Shown in pieces: positions 59,787-64,000 of a DNA stretch of 64,000 bases. Made by a program: the position numbers and the translations under genes. Position 1 is the first letter of the stretch. Every line of letters starts with the position of its first letter. Below the pieces are notes generated by a model that made no database searches, was not told where the DNA came from, and saw only the letters and a program-made list of their open reading frames with translations. The stretch lies in assembly GCF_963921235.1 (NCBI RefSeq), contig NC_086109.1:31312001-31376000 (forward strand), in the 5' to 3' direction. The stretch comes from Mobula hypostoma. Lineage: Eukaryota.

Positions 59787-60522
59787 GTGGTTGCCTGTAA
59801 TAGACACAAAGTTAAAAAGTCATCTTCTACATACACTGTACCATCAAGTGGGAGACTCAGATGAATAAAGACAGGAACAGTTGATAGGAAACAGCTTCTT
59901 CCCTCAGGTCATTAGGTTTCTGAACTCCCTGTCTTATCGCATTGAAGTGTCACCAGATAATTTGTACTGTACCCTACAATATTTAATTTATGCACTTCAC
60001 TTTGTTTATCTATGCATAATTCTTTGTAAATTTAATTCTTACTCTCCTAAATTATTGTGTGTTACATGTATGTTATGTGCACTACTGTGCTTTACACCCT
60101 GTCCGGAGAAACTTTGTCTCATTTGGCAGTGTCCATGTATAGAGATAAATGGCAATAAACTTGACTTGATATATTTCCTTTCACATTTCTTATATTACCA
60201 CATTCATCAGTTATCAATACCAATACAAATCAAAAACCAGGAATAGAGTCCTTGATTGCTATTATGTATTTATTGAGAGAGAGAGAATAGAAACTATATT
60301 ATTTTGCTTTAAATATATGAACTTCCTTAATATATTAATGACAATGGCAGATATATGCAGTATATGCTTACCTTCTTTAATCCATAGTCACTTACACACT
60401 GCTGCACTGTTAGGCTGATCCAATTTCCTTAAGTCCTTTAATTTACTCTACCCTCTAATTTAGTTGAGCAATAAGTAACAACAATGGTGTTAGAGCCATT
60501 CAACATGTATTTATTCCTCTAA

Positions 60523-60701
60523 ATACTTGTTTTCCTGCCTGAATATATCTTTTGATTAAATAAGCCACTGGGGTAATTCTCTTCATGTCTTCCAATTTCC
60601 AAATAGGTATTTTTGGTTAAATAAGTATATTGTAAGAAGTCTGATGATTGTGAGCTCCGCGTGGAATTTAATATCCCCCAGGAGATATATTGAGCACAAT
60701 T
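60523..60701 (+). pseudogene. Possible pseudo-exon E28
   Basis: ttattcctctaa (AG>AA?) upstream, gtaagt donor; ILVFLPEYIF*LNKPLG*...VYCKKSDDCELRVEFNIPQEIY. Confidence 0.35.
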
Positions 60702-61184
60702 GTAAGTAAGCAAAAAGAGAGTGAGGAGGAGTAAGTTATTTTCAGATCTCTATGCCAGTTCTACAACAGAATTAACACAAAAATCAACCAAGTTATAGAT
60801 GGCTTAGTAGAAGTTAATTAAAATAACCAAAGATGCAATTAGGGCATGAAATAGTCACCATTGAGTTGTGTTGTCACCATTGGTTTCAACAGCAATCAGT
60901 ATTTTCCCTGCACTGTGGGGTAACAGTGCTGTGCATCAAATACAACTAATTGAAAGCTCTGTTCTTCATGTGGCATGGAACTCCAAAAGTTTTCCAAGCC
61001 TCCTCTTGTTTAGAATATTTCCTGCTGTGTTCCACTTCATATGATAGAGCACAAAAGCTAGCTTTAAATTCACACTATGGGAGTCATCTATAATAAATCA
61101 TGACATATAAGTTTGAATTTTTTGTACTTCATAACTTAACTGTTACTTTTACATATACAGTAAATTTTAATATTTTACCAACAG

Positions 61185-62397
61185 AACATAGAGCATAGAA
61201 CAGTACAGCAAAGTACAGCTTTCTGGCCCCTGATGTTGTGCTGACATTTTACCCGCAGCAAGAACAATCTAACTCTTCCACCTCACATAGCTCCATTTTT
61301 CTTTCAACTATATGCCTATCTAAGAGACTCTTAAATGTGCCTAATGCATCTGCCTCTACTATTACCCATGGCAACATGTTCCTTACACCCACCACTATCT
61401 GCGTAAAAACTTACTTCTGACATCCTTCCTATACTTTCCTCCAATCACCATAAAATTTTGCCCTCTCATAATAGCCATTCCTACCCTGGGAAAAAGGTTT
61501 GGCCATCTAACTATGCCTCTTATTATCCAACATACTGTTAAGAATTCTATGAATACTGCATTCTGCCCTGAAGTTTGACCTTCCAAAGTGCATCGCTTGA
61601 TATTTCTCCAGATTTAACTCCACATGCCACTTTTTAGCCCATCCCTTACATGAAGCACACATTTTAAAACCAGCTCCCTGCGCCAATTCTTCAGCTACAC
61701 ATTCATATATCAAATCATCTTATTAGAACATAAGACATACAATAGGATCAGAATTATTCCATTTGGTCTATTGTGTCTGTTCCACCATTTCATCGTGGCT
61801 GATTTATTATCCCCCCGGAAGTCCATTCTGCTGCCTTCTCCACATAATCTTTAACACCCTATCAAACTCTGCTTTAAATATACCCAATGATTTGGCCTCC
61901 ACAGCCATCTGAGGCAATGAATTCCACAGATTCAGCATCCTCTGGCTAAACAAGTTCCTCATCATTTCCAAACGGACGTTCTTCTATTCTGAGGCTGTGC
62001 CCTCTGGTACTAGACGCCATCACATCCTCTTCGCATTCACTCTACCTAGGCTTTTCAAGATATGACAGGTTTCAGCGAAATCCTCACTTATTCTTCTAAA
62101 CTCTAGCATGTACAGGTCCAGAGCCTTCAAACGTTTTTCGTACATTAACTCTTTTATTCCCGGAATCATTCTCTGGTCCCTCTCCGATGCACATCATTTG
62201 CTAGACAAGGGGACCAAAACTGCTCACAATACTCCAAGTGCTGTCTGCCCAATGGCCTACGATGCATTAGCATTACATTTTTTTATATTCTAGTCCACTC
62301 AAAATGAATGTTAACTTTGCATTTGTCTTTCTTATCACTGACTCAACCTACAAATTAAACTTTAGGAATCCAACATGAAGAATCCCAAGTCTCTTTG
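61185..62397 (-). mobile_element. Two degraded CR1 3' fragments
   Basis: ORF pieces WAKKWHVELNLEKYQAMHFGRSN and LFPRVGMAIMRGQNF, plus FSQRMLNLWNSLPQ on the minus strand; agaacat tails at about 61183 and about 61725. Confidence 0.8.
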
Positions 62398-63060
62398 TGT
62401 TATGCTTTGTAATCCCAAACCATAAAATTAATTGAAAGTAAAACAACAGAACCCGAGAAATGCATATGAACTTTGTTTTTACTTTTAGTGAGGTGTGCAC
62501 ACACTGTATATGATGTGGTGGCCTAACAACATATGCCATTCACATACATTTACATATAACCCATAATGAATGATTTAAACAATAAAGAACGCTTAATCAA
62601 ACAAATTGTTTGATATATTGCTAAAATTCAAAATATACAATACTCCTCCCTGCTTATCTACAAATTCCAATTCAATATAGAATGTACCTCAACTACTGTA
62701 TATATACACAGTTTACTACATCACACAACTACAATATAGACATACACAGCTCCACGGCATAGTAAATTTTAAATTCTCCCATTCAGGCCTAAAGATTAAT
62801 CACTCTGGAGGATTTCTTACTCTTGTGGGATAAAGGCTTTCCTGACAAGGGGGATTACTTTGCTTGGCAGGAGAGCTTATGGCTGTGAAACAATCTCAGA
62901 TTCTGGGGCCTCCTCTGTTGTGGTTGTAGGAGGTGACTCTGACTGAGACTGTAGAAAGTGATTCTGACAGTTCCAGACATCTTTTACCTCTAACAATTGA
63001 CTCCGCTCTCCTCAACTGATCAACGATCATTTCCACATTGAATTTCCACAAACTTCACTA
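62398..63060 (-). mobile_element. Gypsy-type LTR retrotransposon 3' end: pol tail, PPT and LTR (about 62398-62642)
   Basis: Minus strand reads VDQLRRAESI and YPTRVRNPPE (typical Gypsy integrase tail), then polypurine tract AAGCAGGGAGGAG immediately before an LTR-like block ending ...CATAACA. Confidence 0.7.
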
Positions 63061-63069
63061 TGTATGACA

Positions 63070-64000
63070 GAGCGGAGGAAGGGGAAAAGAGAAATAAATC
63101 TAAGATAGTGAGCATTAAAGATATCAGGAAAGACAGGAAGGTGATGGGGCAAATGTGCAGCCATTGGGATGAGTTGTAGTGCAATCAAAGAAAAAAGTAC
63201 CAAATACTGGTCTTAAGGTGTTTTTAACTAAATGCACGCAGCATAAGGAATAAGGTGAGTGATCTTGTCGTACAGCTACAGATTGGCAGAGATGATATTG
63301 TGGCCATCACTGAGTTGTGGCTAAAGGATGCATGTCTCTGGGAGCTGAACATCCAAGGATACACGGTGTATCGGAAGGATAGGAAGGTAGGCAGAGGGGG
63401 AGGCATGGCTTTATTGGTAAGAAATTATATTAAATCATTAGAAAGAGGTGATATAGGATCGGAAGGTGCAGAATCTTTATGGGTTGAGCTAAGAAATTGT
63501 AAAGGTAAAAGGACCCTGATGGCAGTTATTTATAGGCCTCCAAACAGCTGCAGGGATGTGAACTACAAATTACAACAGGAAATAGAAAAGGCTTGTCAGA
63601 AGGGCAGTGTTATGATAATTGTGGGGGATTTTAACATGCGAGTGGATTGGGAAAATCAGGTCAGCACTGGATCTCAAGAGAGAGAATTTGTAGAATGTCA
63701 GCGAGATGCTTTTTAGAACAGCTTGTTGTTGAGCCCACTAGGGGATCGGCTGTACTGGATTGGGTATTATGTAATGAACCAGAGGTGTTTAGAGAGATTG
63801 AGGTGAAGGAACCTTTAGGAGGCAGTGATCATAACATGATTGAGTTCACTGTGACATTTGAATAAGAGAAGCCGAAATCTGATGTGTCGGTATTTCAGTG
63901 GAGTAAAGGAAATTACAGTGGCACGAGAGAGGAACTAGCCAAAGTTGACTGGAAAGGGACACTGGCGGGAAAGACAGCAGAGCAGCAGTGACTGGAGTTT
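63070..64000 (+). mobile_element. CR1 LINE ORF2 5' part (APE endonuclease), runs off the window end
   Basis: NARSIRNK, DIVAITELWL, YRKDRKVGRGGGMAL, IYRPPNS, IIVGDFN and LGGSDHNMIEF motifs. Confidence 0.93.

Larger units (their letters stand above)
2528..60701 (+). pseudogene. Large multi-exon protein-coding gene remnant (about 28 exons, about 2,000 codons), product not recognised
   Basis: Chain of non-repeat blocks bounded by polypyrimidine-AG acceptors and GT donors, with mostly matching exon phases. Translations are protein-like but contain in-frame stops, some frameshifts and TE insertions. Exons are listed separately. Confidence 0.7.

Noticed and set aside
2528..60701. Selenoprotein or alternative-genetic-code explanation for the in-frame stops
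   Set aside because: Stops include TAA and TAG as well as TGA, and coexist with frameshifts, broken acceptors and exonic TE insertions.

Overview
Vertebrate genomic DNA, most likely from a cartilaginous fish (probably a ray). This is inferred from the repeat repertoire: CR1, Rex1/Babar, L2 and RTE LINEs, Penelope-like elements, V-SINEs, and Tc1, Tigger, hAT and piggyBac relics. More than half of the window is transposable-element sequence, and nearly all long ORFs in the track are TE fragments or their antisense shadows. Between the repeats I reconstructed by hand a chain of about 28 plus-strand exon-like blocks from 2528 to about 60701 (roughly 6.2 kb, about 2,000 codons). They mostly have canonical splice sites and phase-compatible junctions, but carry many in-frame stops, a few frameshifts, three apparent AG>AA acceptors and two TE insertions inside exons. 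I interpret this as a large decayed multi-exon gene (candidate unitary pseudogene) whose product I cannot identify. Other notable items: a palindromic Penelope-derived element with hammerhead-ribozyme-like cores on both strands, split by a near full-length CR1 with 91-bp 5' monomers; a three-layer nested insertion; and a pair of young, near-identical inverted CR1 copies. TE boundaries are approximate unless a TIR or TSD is cited.
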